Shown piece by piece: positions 1 to 9,049 of a stretch of 64,000 nucleotides of DNA. Below the pieces are notes generated by a model. It saw nothing but the letters and a program-made list of their open reading frames with translations, was not told the DNA's origin and did not search any database. The stretch is from Candidatus Kuenenia stuttgartensis. Its GTDB lineage: Bacteria > Planctomycetota > Planctomycetia > Gemmatales > Gemmataceae. Both the position numbers and the translations under genes were made by a program. How positions within the stretch are numbered: position 1 is the first letter of the stretch; each line of letters starts with the position of its first letter. The DNA lies in NCBI GenBank assembly GCA_945897965.1, contig CAMDHK010000001.1, positions 16,231 through 80,230 on the forward strand. The letters are read 5' to 3'.

Positions 1-852
1 CAAGAAGGTATGCCTGTTCGTTTGTTGGAAGCAATGCGCTATAGCGTGCTTGCTCCCGGGAAAAGGCTAAGGCCTGTTCTTGTATTACTGGCATCAAATG
101 CCTTTGGTTTTGAAAACACAAATCCATGGCCCGCAGCGTGTGCTGTAGAATTTATTCATGCTTATTCATTGATTCACGACGATCTGCCTGCTATGGATGA
201 TGATGACTTAAGACGTGGCAGACCAACTTGCCATAAAGTTTATGGCGAAGCCTTGGCAATTCTTGCGGGAGATGCGCTTCTTACAAAAGCCTTCGAAGTG
301 CTGGCTAAGAGTTATCCAGCCCTAGCCGGCGCAGAATGCTGTTTAGAACTAGCAAAAGGGGCAGGGGCCAGCGGAATGGTTGGGGGCCAAGTAGAAGATT
401 TAGCGTGGGAAGGAAAACCCGGAGTGCGGGGCGAAGATCACCCTAAAGAAGCAACAATAGAGCACTTAAAGAATTTGCATGACCGAAAAACAGGAGCTTT
501 GATTCGGACAAGTCTAAAATTAGGGGCAATAGTTTCGTTTGCTAGCCAAAACCGAACACCCCCTGAAGATTTGTTGCAAATACTTGATAACTACGGTCAA
601 AATATTGGGTTAGCCTTTCAAGTAACTGACGATCTTCTTGATGTTCTAGGAAAATGCGAATCTGCAGGAAAACGAGTTGGAAAAGATGCGCAAAAGGGTA
701 AACTAACTTATCCCGGTTTATTGGGGATTGAACAGAGTAAGCTTTTAGCGGTAGACCTTTGTAAAAATGCGCAGAATCTGGCAAGCCAACTTGGCCCCAA
801 TGCTGCGCCTTTAATTGATTTGGCGGATTACCTTGTTTCACGCGATCATTAG
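1..852 (+). CDS. ispA: polyprenyl (farnesyl/geranylgeranyl) diphosphate synthase; 5' end probably outside the window
   Basis: The reading frame is open to base 1. Both Asp-rich trans-prenyltransferase motifs are present (LIHDDLPAMDDDDLRRGRPT and FQVTDDLLD). It lies directly upstream of dxs, as in the classical ispA-dxs arrangement. Confidence 0.9.
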   Translation, partial: QEGMPVRLLEAMRYSVLAPGKRLRPVLVLLASNAFGFENTNPWPAACAVEFIHAYSLIHDDLPAMDDDDLRRGRPTCHKVYGEALAILAGDALLTKAFEVLAKSYPALAGAECCLELAKGAGASGMVGGQVEDLAWEGKPGVRGEDHPKEATIEHLKNLHDRKTGALIRTSLKLGAIVSFASQNRTPPEDLLQILDNYGQNIGLAFQVTDDLLDVLGKCESAGKRVGKDAQKGKLTYPGLLGIEQSKLLAVDLCKNAQNLASQLGPNAAPLIDLADYLVSRDH

Positions 853-914
853 GTATAATGAAAACACATCTGGCAATCGACGCCGGGTTTTAGGATGCAC
901 AAAGGATAGTTGCA

Positions 915-2828
915 ATGCATAGAATTCTTCCGAAAATTGAAGGCCCCGAAGATCTTAAACTTCTTGACCATCAGGAACTTGAAATCCTATGTCAGGAAAT
1001 GCGGGACGAATTAGTCCGAGTACTTAGTTTAAGACCTGCGCATTTTGCCAGCAATTTGGGCGTGGTTGAATTATGCGTCGCACTTCACTTGAGCTACGAT
1101 TTCTCCAAAGACCGCATTATCTGGGACACCGGGCATCAGATTTATCCCCATAAATTAATTACGGGCCGTTATCGAAATTTTGATACCATTCGCACTAAGG
1201 GTGGCCTGATGGGTTACCCTAATCCCGCTGAAAGTGATTTCGATCTTTTCATGACAGGCCATGCAGGCTGCAGTCTTTCTACTGCTCTTGGATTAAAAGT
1301 CGGCGATGACCTCAACGGGAATACCGACAGGCACAGTATTGCAGTTATAGGCGATGGGGCCCTTCCTTCGGGGATTGTATTTGAAGCACTTAATAACGCT
1401 GGTGGCCTTGATAAAAACCTCCTCGTAATTCTTAACGACAATGAAATGTCGATTTGTCCAAGAGTGGGATCGCTTGCAAAATGCCTTGATCAAGCAAGAT
1501 TAACCTCGCTTTACCAAGATTCAAAACGACAAATAAAAGACCTTCTGGAAAAGATTCCTTTCGGTAGCGTCGCAAAACAAGCTCTTGAACAACTAAAAGA
1601 CGGACTCAAAGCGTCTTTAATGGGCGGAAGATTGTTCGAAGAGTTTGGATTCCGCTATTTTGGCCCAATTGATGGCCATGACTTGCCCGGAATGCTCAAA
1701 TGGTTTGCCGATATCAAAGAACAAAAAGGCCCAATCCTTTTGCATGTGCTCACCCAAAAAGGATGCGGGGTACCTCAGGCAAGTGAAGATCCTGTTACAT
1801 TCCATACACCACCAGTTTTCGAAAAAGTTGGCCCAGAGCGGACCCTTATTTCAATGAAAATGGGCGGAAGCAAAGGTTACACCGATGCTGTTAGCTCTAG
1901 CATTTTCAAAATCATGCAGGAAAACAAAAAAGTTTGCGTTATAACTGCGGCCATGTGCCAAGGAAACAAACTCGAAAAGATCAGAGAGGTATTTCCCGAG
2001 AGATTCTTTGATGTGGGCATTTGCGAATCCCATGCAGTCGCTTTTGCAGCGGGCCTCGCCAAAACTGGTAATCGCCCTATCGTTGATATTTATTCAACAT
2101 TCTTACAACGATCTTTTGATCAGGTTTTTCAAGAAGTATCTCTACAAAATCTACCTGTACTCTTTTGCTTGGATCGCGCGGGGATTACCGGCCCCGATGG
2201 CCCTACCCATCATGGGGCTTTTGATAATACCTACATGCGGGTTTTCCCCAACATGACCGTGATGGCTCCTGGTGATGAACTTGATGTTGAACCAATGCTT
2301 CGTCTTTCGCTGGCTCATAATGGCCCCACGGTTATTCGATACCCAAAAGCCAACCTCGAGCGTATTGAACGCGATTTTGTCCCCCTTGAAATTGGGCAAT
2401 CAGAAGTCCTTGAATGGGGCGACGACATCACCCTTATTGGCTATGGAACCCTGCTTGGCGAATGCTGCAAAGCTGCTGATATTTTACGTGAAGAAGGCTT
2501 CCAAGTTGGCATCATCAATGCTCGATTCTTAAAACCATTAGATAAAAACACCTTGTTTAAAGCCATGGAAGAATCCAACTTGGTTGTTACCATCGAGGAA
2601 GGATCTTTAGAAGGTGGGTTTGGTAGTGCGCTTCTTGAAGCCGCCAACTCTGCTGGTATTGAAACCCGCAAGCTGATTCGACTTGGGTTGCCCGATAGTT
2701 TTGTCGAACATGGTGAAAGAACCGAACTTCTTCATGACTTGGGGCTTGATGCAATTGGCATTGCCAACGCTGCAAAGCAATGGTTCGCAAAAGATGTAAC
2801 CGCCTCCAGACAAACCCTTGGAAAATAA
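915..2828 (+). CDS. dxs: 1-deoxy-D-xylulose-5-phosphate synthase
   Basis: 637 aa. It has a thiamine-diphosphate binding block (IAVIGDGALPSGIVFEALNNAG ... LNDNEMSI), a transketolase-like pyrimidine-binding region (FDVGICESHAV) and a C-terminal domain. The layout is full-length Dxs-like. Confidence 0.95.
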   Translation: MHRILPKIEGPEDLKLLDHQELEILCQEMRDELVRVLSLRPAHFASNLGVVELCVALHLSYDFSKDRIIWDTGHQIYPHKLITGRYRNFDTIRTKGGLMGYPNPAESDFDLFMTGHAGCSLSTALGLKVGDDLNGNTDRHSIAVIGDGALPSGIVFEALNNAGGLDKNLLVILNDNEMSICPRVGSLAKCLDQARLTSLYQDSKRQIKDLLEKIPFGSVAKQALEQLKDGLKASLMGGRLFEEFGFRYFGPIDGHDLPGMLKWFADIKEQKGPILLHVLTQKGCGVPQASEDPVTFHTPPVFEKVGPERTLISMKMGGSKGYTDAVSSSIFKIMQENKKVCVITAAMCQGNKLEKIREVFPERFFDVGICESHAVAFAAGLAKTGNRPIVDIYSTFLQRSFDQVFQEVSLQNLPVLFCLDRAGITGPDGPTHHGAFDNTYMRVFPNMTVMAPGDELDVEPMLRLSLAHNGPTVIRYPKANLERIERDFVPLEIGQSEVLEWGDDITLIGYGTLLGECCKAADILREEGFQVGIINARFLKPLDKNTLFKAMEESNLVVTIEEGSLEGGFGSALLEAANSAGIETRKLIRLGLPDSFVEHGERTELLHDLGLDAIGIANAAKQWFAKDVTASRQTLGK

Positions 2829-2848
2829 CCTACGGACCTCCACATTTG

Positions 2849-3691
2849 ATGAAAATTTTCATCCTAGGAAATGCACAACGCCCTGGCGTCACCACCCAGT
2901 CAGAAAAACTACTCCCCTTGCTTAAAAAGCACTTTGAAGTTGTATTGGTTGATCTTGAACAAAAAGAAGACCTGTCCAAACACAAAGCTGATCTTACTTT
3001 TGTCTTGGGAGGGGATGGCGCAATCCTCAGGGCTGCTAGACAAATGGGCTATAACCAAATCCCAGTACTTGGCATAAACCTTGGGCGCTTGGGCTTTCTG
3101 GCTGACTTAAATATTGCGGAACTAGAAGAGTGCATTCCGGAAATCGCCAAAAGCAATTTCAGGATTACCAGCCACCTGATGTTTGAGTGTCTCACCAATG
3201 TAAAAGATAAATCTGGGCCCTTTTTGGGCCTTAATGAGATTTCAATCCATGCTGGTGCACCTTTCCATATGGTTGAAATTGATTTAATTGTCGATGGGGA
3301 AACCGTTTGTACCTATATGGCAGACGGTTTAATTATGAGTACCCCTATCGGGTCAACGGCCTACAATCTTTCTGCAGGCGGGCCTATTTTAAATCAAGAA
3401 ATCGAAGCGTTTGTCATCAATCCGATTTGCCCACATGTGCTTACAAGCCGCTGTGTAGTTGATTCTTCGGCAAAAGTTTACAATTTGGTCATGAACCGGG
3501 TAACTAAAGGAACCAGCCTTGTTATCGATGGACAGGAAAAAATCACACTAGTTAAAGGCTCCAGCATCACTTTCAAAAAAGCACCTATAAAATTCCAATT
3601 GGCCAAGGTTGCCAATAAAAACTTTTATCGCACTCTGCGTGAAAAATTAAATTGGGGCGTACACCCAAACTACCGCATTGAAACTAATTAA
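2849..3691 (+). CDS. nadK: NAD(+) kinase
   Basis: Carries the GGDG motif (FVLGGDGAILRAAR) and the TPIGSTAYNLSAGGPI motif. I prefer the ATG at 2849 over the ORF-track start at 2780, which would overlap the dxs 3' end. Confidence 0.9.
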   Translation: MKIFILGNAQRPGVTTQSEKLLPLLKKHFEVVLVDLEQKEDLSKHKADLTFVLGGDGAILRAARQMGYNQIPVLGINLGRLGFLADLNIAELEECIPEIAKSNFRITSHLMFECLTNVKDKSGPFLGLNEISIHAGAPFHMVEIDLIVDGETVCTYMADGLIMSTPIGSTAYNLSAGGPILNQEIEAFVINPICPHVLTSRCVVDSSAKVYNLVMNRVTKGTSLVIDGQEKITLVKGSSITFKKAPIKFQLAKVANKNFYRTLREKLNWGVHPNYRIETN

Positions 3692-3695
3692 ACCT

Positions 3696-3977
3696 ATGCA
3701 TAGCAACAACTTACACTGTATTAAAGCAGTAGTTTCCGGAATGGTCCAAGGTGTTGGATTTAGACAAACAGTCCTTCAAATCGCCCAGCATTTGGAACTA
3801 GTTGGGCGAGTCAAAAACCTGCCAAATGGAACCGTTGAACTCTCGGCCGAAGGAGATAAGGAAAAGGTTGACTCATTCCTAAAATTGGTACAAGATAGAT
3901 TTCACGATAACATCACAGATATAAAGGTAAATATTATTTCCTCTCTTGGCTATGTCGACTATAACATAGATTATTAA
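3696..3977 (+). CDS. acyP: acylphosphatase
   Basis: About 93 aa. It has the acylphosphatase phosphate-binding loop VSGMVQGVGFRQ and the GRVKNLPNGTVEL block. An alternative start at 3678 would overlap the nadK end. Confidence 0.8.
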   Translation: MHSNNLHCIKAVVSGMVQGVGFRQTVLQIAQHLELVGRVKNLPNGTVELSAEGDKEKVDSFLKLVQDRFHDNITDIKVNIISSLGYVDYNIDY

Positions 3978-4048
3978 AGTGCTGCTTTTACTTATTTGTA
4001 CTGTGTTTTGCTACTTAGCATGTTGGTTTTTCCCGAGGCTTGGATCTT

Positions 4049-5272
4049 ATGAACTTATCGTTTCAACAATGGCTTATAGAATCAGGCTTTATTTGGGCCC
4101 AATTTTTAATCGCCATTCCTTGGATGATCACTCTTTTCTTCTCGGAAAATTACTCCAACGCCAAACCCAAAACTATTGCATTATTGGGCACATTGGCAAC
4201 CATGTTTATTCTAGGTGCGATTTTTCCCCCGATTTTTCATACCTTCCTCCAAGAAACCAATAGTATCGAAACCGCTGGTAGAGTTTACGGAGGGATCTTT
4301 CAAACACAGCTTATACTTGACACCTTTGTTCTTACTTTTTTTGTCCTACTCAAAATCTGGCCTAAGGGTGGTGCTGTTGCTCAAGCCGCTTTTCGTGAAG
4401 GCATCAGGCAACCTATGTTTTGGCTCCTTTCCAGCCTCGCACTTTTTGCTCTGCTTGTTTCACCTTTTATTCCTTACTTCACCTTCGGCGAAGATCTCAT
4501 TATGGTTAAGGAACTAGGCTACGACACCATAATGCTAGCAGCAGTGGTGTTCGGCACTTTGGCAGCCAGTATTTCCGTAAGTGAAGAAATCGAAGGCCGT
4601 ACCGCAGTCACACTCATGAGTAAACCCATTTCACGCAGGCAATTTCTTATCGGTAAATTTGTCGGTATTCTTCTTTCAGCTTTCCTCATGTCCTCGATTT
4701 TGTTTGTCATATTTCAATCCATCCTTCTTTACAAACATTGGCTCGACAGAATGGATCCTGTATCCAACCCCGAGTGGATCAAACTTTTTTTATCTAATTC
4801 AACTCTGCCATCCGAAACCAAAGACCTTATCAACGGGCTTGCCTTCTGGATACAACACACACTTGAAACCTTCCCAGGCCTAATTCTCAGCTTTTGCCAA
4901 GTCAGCGTTTTGGTTTCCATTTCCGTGTCGCTTGCAACTCGCTTGCCCATGGTTGTAAATCTTAGCACCGTACTCGTAATCTATTTTCTTGCACACCTGA
5001 CCCCTGTACTGGTTGCGATTGGCGAAAAAGCTAAAGCAACAGACCCTGATTCTCCAGTTTCGCGACTTCTTGGATTTATGGCGGGAGTCTTTGATTTATT
5101 CCTGCCAGGCTTGGAGTTTTTCCGGGTGGGACCAGCCATCGTTGGCGATACGCCTCCAGATTTTATACCCTTTGCTATTTATGTTTTATCCGTTAGTTTC
5201 TATGGATTAATTTACACCACAGTTGCACTTATTGTTGGCCTGATTTTGTTTGAAGATCGAGATCTGGCTTAG
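4049..5272 (+). CDS. ABC-2 type transporter permease-like polytopic membrane protein
   Basis: Multiple hydrophobic spans. The block SEEIEGRTAVTLMSKPISRRQFLIGKFVGIL matches the E-x-E-x-x-T ... P-x-SR ... GK pattern typical of ABC-2 permeases. A GAGG sits about 12 nt upstream of the ATG at 4049. Confidence 0.6.
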   Translation: MNLSFQQWLIESGFIWAQFLIAIPWMITLFFSENYSNAKPKTIALLGTLATMFILGAIFPPIFHTFLQETNSIETAGRVYGGIFQTQLILDTFVLTFFVLLKIWPKGGAVAQAAFREGIRQPMFWLLSSLALFALLVSPFIPYFTFGEDLIMVKELGYDTIMLAAVVFGTLAASISVSEEIEGRTAVTLMSKPISRRQFLIGKFVGILLSAFLMSSILFVIFQSILLYKHWLDRMDPVSNPEWIKLFLSNSTLPSETKDLINGLAFWIQHTLETFPGLILSFCQVSVLVSISVSLATRLPMVVNLSTVLVIYFLAHLTPVLVAIGEKAKATDPDSPVSRLLGFMAGVFDLFLPGLEFFRVGPAIVGDTPPDFIPFAIYVLSVSFYGLIYTTVALIVGLILFEDRDLA

Positions 5273-5313
5273 ATAATTTTTTGCCACGGATTTGGCACTT
5301 ACACGGGTGGGAT

Positions 5314-7137
5314 ATGCCCGAAGTTATTGAACATGAACTGTTTTTTTTCAAACTTATCAACTACCAATCCACCCATCGTTGGTTGCGTTATGTTGCATTT
5401 TTTCTGTCGTTTCTAAAATACTCAGCAATTTTGTTTGTCTTATTTCTTTGTTGGTGCACATGCTTTTTTCTATTTTCGGAAGCACTCCCATTCATAAAAA
5501 GTGAAACAGATTTAACCCCAGGGCCTAAAACTTCATCAGCATTTGTCAATTACTTTTGGGCTTGGATTTCGCTTCACGGTTGGGGCCCAAACCCACAAAT
5601 TGCAATTTCAATACTTATCCCCTCTTTCAGCTTTTCTTTTCTTGTAATCCGCTTGTTGGAACAATCAATCTGTTTTTATGGCAAAGAAAAACAACTCTCC
5701 ATATTACAAAAAGTTTTCTATCAGAATGATTTTTTAAAGTCTCAACAATCACTGCTAAACCATACAGGAAAAATTTCGGATGTAGATAAACTCATCGAAA
5801 AAACTGGCGAACTCTTTTTGCTTTACACCTCTAAAATACAACCAACTATTATTGCAATAATTCTTTTTACCACTGCAGGGCTAATTGCAAATACTGCTCT
5901 TTTTCTTATATTCTCTGGGTTATTCTTCCTTATTCTTGCCATTCAGACAATTCTTGCAAACAAAATCAAACTGCTCCTTCAGGAACAAAAACAATCCTCT
6001 GCGATTGAATCAGTCTGGTTTCTTAAACTTTACAATGTCATGTCCTTTTCTAAAGCTTTCGGACTTTCACACATATGGCTCGAAAAACTTTCCCTTGCAT
6101 CAGACAAACACCTAAACACGAAATTACGGATCAACCTCTACATCAACCTTGAACAACACCTCGGATATTTTTGCTTCATTCTATGCCTTGGAATTTATCT
6201 TCTGTTATCCGAAATTTTCCTAACCCTTAAAATAACAAGCACACCCGATTTATTCATCTCAGGCTCGACCGCTTTTTTTACTGCTTTTTATTCAAAGCTA
6301 TTGATTAACTGCAAAAACATAATGAATGAGAATTTCCCAGCAACAACGGAACTGTTTAAAAAACTGGAAGACAAATCAGGATTTAACCAACATCATGAAG
6401 GCTCGCTTGCTTTCCCAATCTTCAAAACAATTCATTTAGATGCTATCTCCATTAAAAACCATTCCAATAACCCTTTAATCAACGACCTTACTCTTCATAT
6501 CGATAAAAACAGCCGCATCGGTTTTGCTGGCCTTCTAAAAGAACAGCGAACAGCACTTGGTCTTCTCTTATCTTGCGCTCTTACCCCGGACATGGGGGAA
6601 ATACGCTTCGACAACATCAACGCTAGAAGTTTAAACATCAATTTAATTCCAAAAGAAATAACTTTCGTCCCAGAACTATTCCAAATCATGCCTGACACTT
6701 TCCAAAACATCATATGCAATTACTCACAAAATCCTGATTGGCCAAGAATGCTTGAAGCAGCAAAATCCACTAACATTCATGCAGCCATTCTTACCCAGCC
6801 TGATAGTTATAATTTTTTTTACGATCCTGAAAACAGCTCTTTTGATTCTGTTTTTCAATTTCTTCTGGGCATAACTCGATCTGTTTACCTAGACGCAAAA
6901 ACACTAATCTTGGAAGAACCTAACAATATTGATCCAACCCAAAACCAAGATATTATCAGTGCTGTTTACGAAAAAACACTTGGAGGAAAAACTATTATTT
7001 TTCTCCAGGGAAGCGAAGCAACTCTGTCTATTTGCGATAAAATTTACTTTTTTCAAAACAAAAGGGTAATCGCTTCGGGTACGCACAAAACCCTTTCACA
7101 AGATTACCCCGGCTACCATTTAATCAATAATCTTTAA
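5314..7137 (+). CDS. ABC exporter-like TMD-NBD fusion protein with a degenerate (probably non-hydrolytic) nucleotide-binding domain
   Basis: The N-terminal half is polytopic. The C-terminal ~230 aa aligns by eye to an ABC NBD, but the Walker A is GFAGLLKEQRT (no GKS/T), the signature region is SSFDSVFQ (no LSGGQ), the Walker B is TLILEEP and the H-loop position reads FLQGS. The ATG at 5314 is preceded by GGGTGGGA. Confidence 0.5.
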   Translation: MPEVIEHELFFFKLINYQSTHRWLRYVAFFLSFLKYSAILFVLFLCWCTCFFLFSEALPFIKSETDLTPGPKTSSAFVNYFWAWISLHGWGPNPQIAISILIPSFSFSFLVIRLLEQSICFYGKEKQLSILQKVFYQNDFLKSQQSLLNHTGKISDVDKLIEKTGELFLLYTSKIQPTIIAIILFTTAGLIANTALFLIFSGLFFLILAIQTILANKIKLLLQEQKQSSAIESVWFLKLYNVMSFSKAFGLSHIWLEKLSLASDKHLNTKLRINLYINLEQHLGYFCFILCLGIYLLLSEIFLTLKITSTPDLFISGSTAFFTAFYSKLLINCKNIMNENFPATTELFKKLEDKSGFNQHHEGSLAFPIFKTIHLDAISIKNHSNNPLINDLTLHIDKNSRIGFAGLLKEQRTALGLLLSCALTPDMGEIRFDNINARSLNINLIPKEITFVPELFQIMPDTFQNIICNYSQNPDWPRMLEAAKSTNIHAAILTQPDSYNFFYDPENSSFDSVFQFLLGITRSVYLDAKTLILEEPNNIDPTQNQDIISAVYEKTLGGKTIIFLQGSEATLSICDKIYFFQNKRVIASGTHKTLSQDYPGYHLINNL

Positions 7138-8314
7138 GAATCGGCACGATATAAGTCTGTGGCTCTCCACCTGTCACTTGAATTTTCTTGTCCCAATCCA
7201 CAAAAACATTCACCTCACTCCGAACACCAAACTCTTCAAGATAAATCCCAGGTTCAATGGAAAACAAACTTCCAGGAAGAATCTTCCTCGTATCCAAGGT
7301 CTCTAATCCATCAATATTTGCGCCATTCCCATGGGTCTCTTTGCCAATCGAGTGCCCGGTACGGTGGCAAAAATATTCCCCATAACCAGCCTTAACTATC
7401 ACTTCTCGGGTTACATTATCAATTTCCCAGCCTTCGATTGGCGTGCCATCCGCAAAAGCTTTTGTTACTTTCTCAATCGCAGCGTCACGTGCACGGGATA
7501 CAATATCAAAGATTTTTGTGTATTTTTCAGGTACAACAGTTCCAACAAATCCTGTCCGAGTCAGGTCGCTATAAATTCCTTCAGGATCGTTTAACTTGGC
7601 CCACAAATCAACAAGGATAAAATCTCCTTCTTGGATCTTTCGATCTGTTTCGCTGGAAGTAGAATAATGCGGGTCCCCGCTATGCGAGTTAACCCCAACA
7701 ATTGGTGCGTGATCCGTAAACAAATTATTTCTGGAAAAATGTTCCATAATAATCCGAATTACATCACTTTCTTTAATTTCTATTTTTTTCCGAATTGATT
7801 CCGCAATAAAACGAAAAACAACCTCATATGCTTCCCGTGTATGAACTGCTGCATCAAGATGGTTTTGAAATTGCTTTTGGTTTAAACAAGATTCAAAAAC
7901 TTGGATCAAATCACCCGAAGAAACTACATCAACTCCAAGAGTTTTGATGAATTCAATAGTCCCAGCATCAACTCGCGAAAGATACGGTATGGCATTGTTC
8001 GGAGAATATTCCATTGCGATTCTTTTTTTACCTGTCAAAACTGTTTTTAAGGATGACTCTAATTCCTGCCATCGAAGATAAATTTTTGAAATCCCTGGGT
8101 AAGAAGCAAGCGCAGCAGGTTCGATCTTATGATTAATTTTTACTGGATCACCGCTTGCAGGAATAAAATAAAACCAGCGTCTTGAGAGAAAAAGCTTTTC
8201 GGATAACCCAAGCACACGCCTTGCCAAAGGATTGCAAAAACGAAAATCATAAAGCAACCACCCATCAAACCCGAATTCTTTTAATTTTTCCTGTATCTTT
8301 TCAAGAGAAAACAT
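7124..8314 (-). CDS. M24 family Xaa-Pro aminopeptidase/dipeptidase
   Basis: 396 aa. It has a creatinase-like N-terminal domain plus a pita-bread C-domain. Metal-ligand contexts are FILVDLWAK, YSDLTRT, HRTGHSIG, SIEPGIY and VRSEVNV. Confidence 0.85.
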   Translation of the reverse strand: MFSLEKIQEKLKEFGFDGWLLYDFRFCNPLARRVLGLSEKLFLSRRWFYFIPASGDPVKINHKIEPAALASYPGISKIYLRWQELESSLKTVLTGKKRIAMEYSPNNAIPYLSRVDAGTIEFIKTLGVDVVSSGDLIQVFESCLNQKQFQNHLDAAVHTREAYEVVFRFIAESIRKKIEIKESDVIRIIMEHFSRNNLFTDHAPIVGVNSHSGDPHYSTSSETDRKIQEGDFILVDLWAKLNDPEGIYSDLTRTGFVGTVVPEKYTKIFDIVSRARDAAIEKVTKAFADGTPIEGWEIDNVTREVIVKAGYGEYFCHRTGHSIGKETHGNGANIDGLETLDTRKILPGSLFSIEPGIYLEEFGVRSEVNVFVDWDKKIQVTGGEPQTYIVPILKDY

Positions 8315-8343
8315 TAAACACCTGCAATCTTTTAGAAGTAAAT

Positions 8344-8372
8344 TTTAGAACCCTATCAACGTAGGTTATAAT
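8344..8372 (+). promoter_or_regulatory. candidate sigma70-type promoter for tadA
   Basis: A perfect TATAAT (8367-8372) lies 17 nt downstream of TTTAGA (8344-8349), in the divergent intergenic region about 55 nt upstream of the tadA ATG. Promoter consensus in this phylum is poorly defined, so this is only a candidate. Confidence 0.25.
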
Positions 8373-8426
8373 CTAAAGTAACTGGTTGATTTAACCCTTT
8401 ATTTTAAATATTGAAATTAGATTATC

Positions 8427-8948
8427 ATGGATATGGACCAATTCAATCTTGAACTTTCAGACCCAAGCCATCAATTCCACATAATGCACATGGAAATTGC
8501 ACTCGAAGAAGCTCGTCTTGCAGAACAAGAAGACGAAGTGCCCGTTGGGGCTCTAATTATTTCTGCCAAAGAGGGCATCATCGCTCGGGCACACAACCAA
8601 AGAGAACTTCTTAAAGATCCAACTGCGCATGCGGAGATGATTGCAATCACCCAAGCAGCGCAATTCTTGCAATCCTGGCGCCTTGAAAACTGCATTTTAT
8701 ATGTAACCCTCGAGCCTTGCCCTATGTGCGCTGGAGCAATCGTTCAATCGCGTATACCCTGGGTTGTATACGGATGCATGGATCCAAAAGCAGGGGCATG
8801 CCATTCCCTTTTTAATCTTTTAAATGACCCTAGGTTAAACCATCGAAGTAGAGTTGTTACTGGTGTGCTTGAAAATGAATGCTCAAGCATTCTTTCGGAA
8901 TTTTTCCAGAAAAAAAGGCATAACCGTAAAGGTTTTCCCAAATTGTGA
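8427..8948 (+). CDS. tadA: tRNA-specific adenosine deaminase
   Basis: Carries the CDA-fold zinc motifs HAEMIAI and [10 protein letters not shown]. Size and layout are typical of TadA. Confidence 0.9.
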   Translation: MDMDQFNLELSDPSHQFHIMHMEIALEEARLAEQEDEVPVGALIISAKEGIIARAHNQRELLKDPTAHAEMIAITQAAQFLQSWRLENCILYVTLEPCPMCAGAIVQSRIPWVVYGCMDPKAGACHSLFNLLNDPRLNHRSRVVTGVLENECSSILSEFFQKKRHNRKGFPKL

Positions 8949-9049
8949 TGATCACAAGATATTTTGAATTTTAAATTGTCAAACTTATAACGCATTTGTA
9001 ATCCTGTGGTAGATTCCATTTGATACCATTTTTAAAAGGGATTTTGTAA

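Noticed and set aside
3979-4263. 94-aa plus-strand ORF upstream of and overlapping the ABC-2 permease gene.
   Set aside because: It is in a different frame from the long membrane-protein ORF, it has no RBS, and it is explained as an overlap artefact. The permease start at 4049 has a GAGG upstream.
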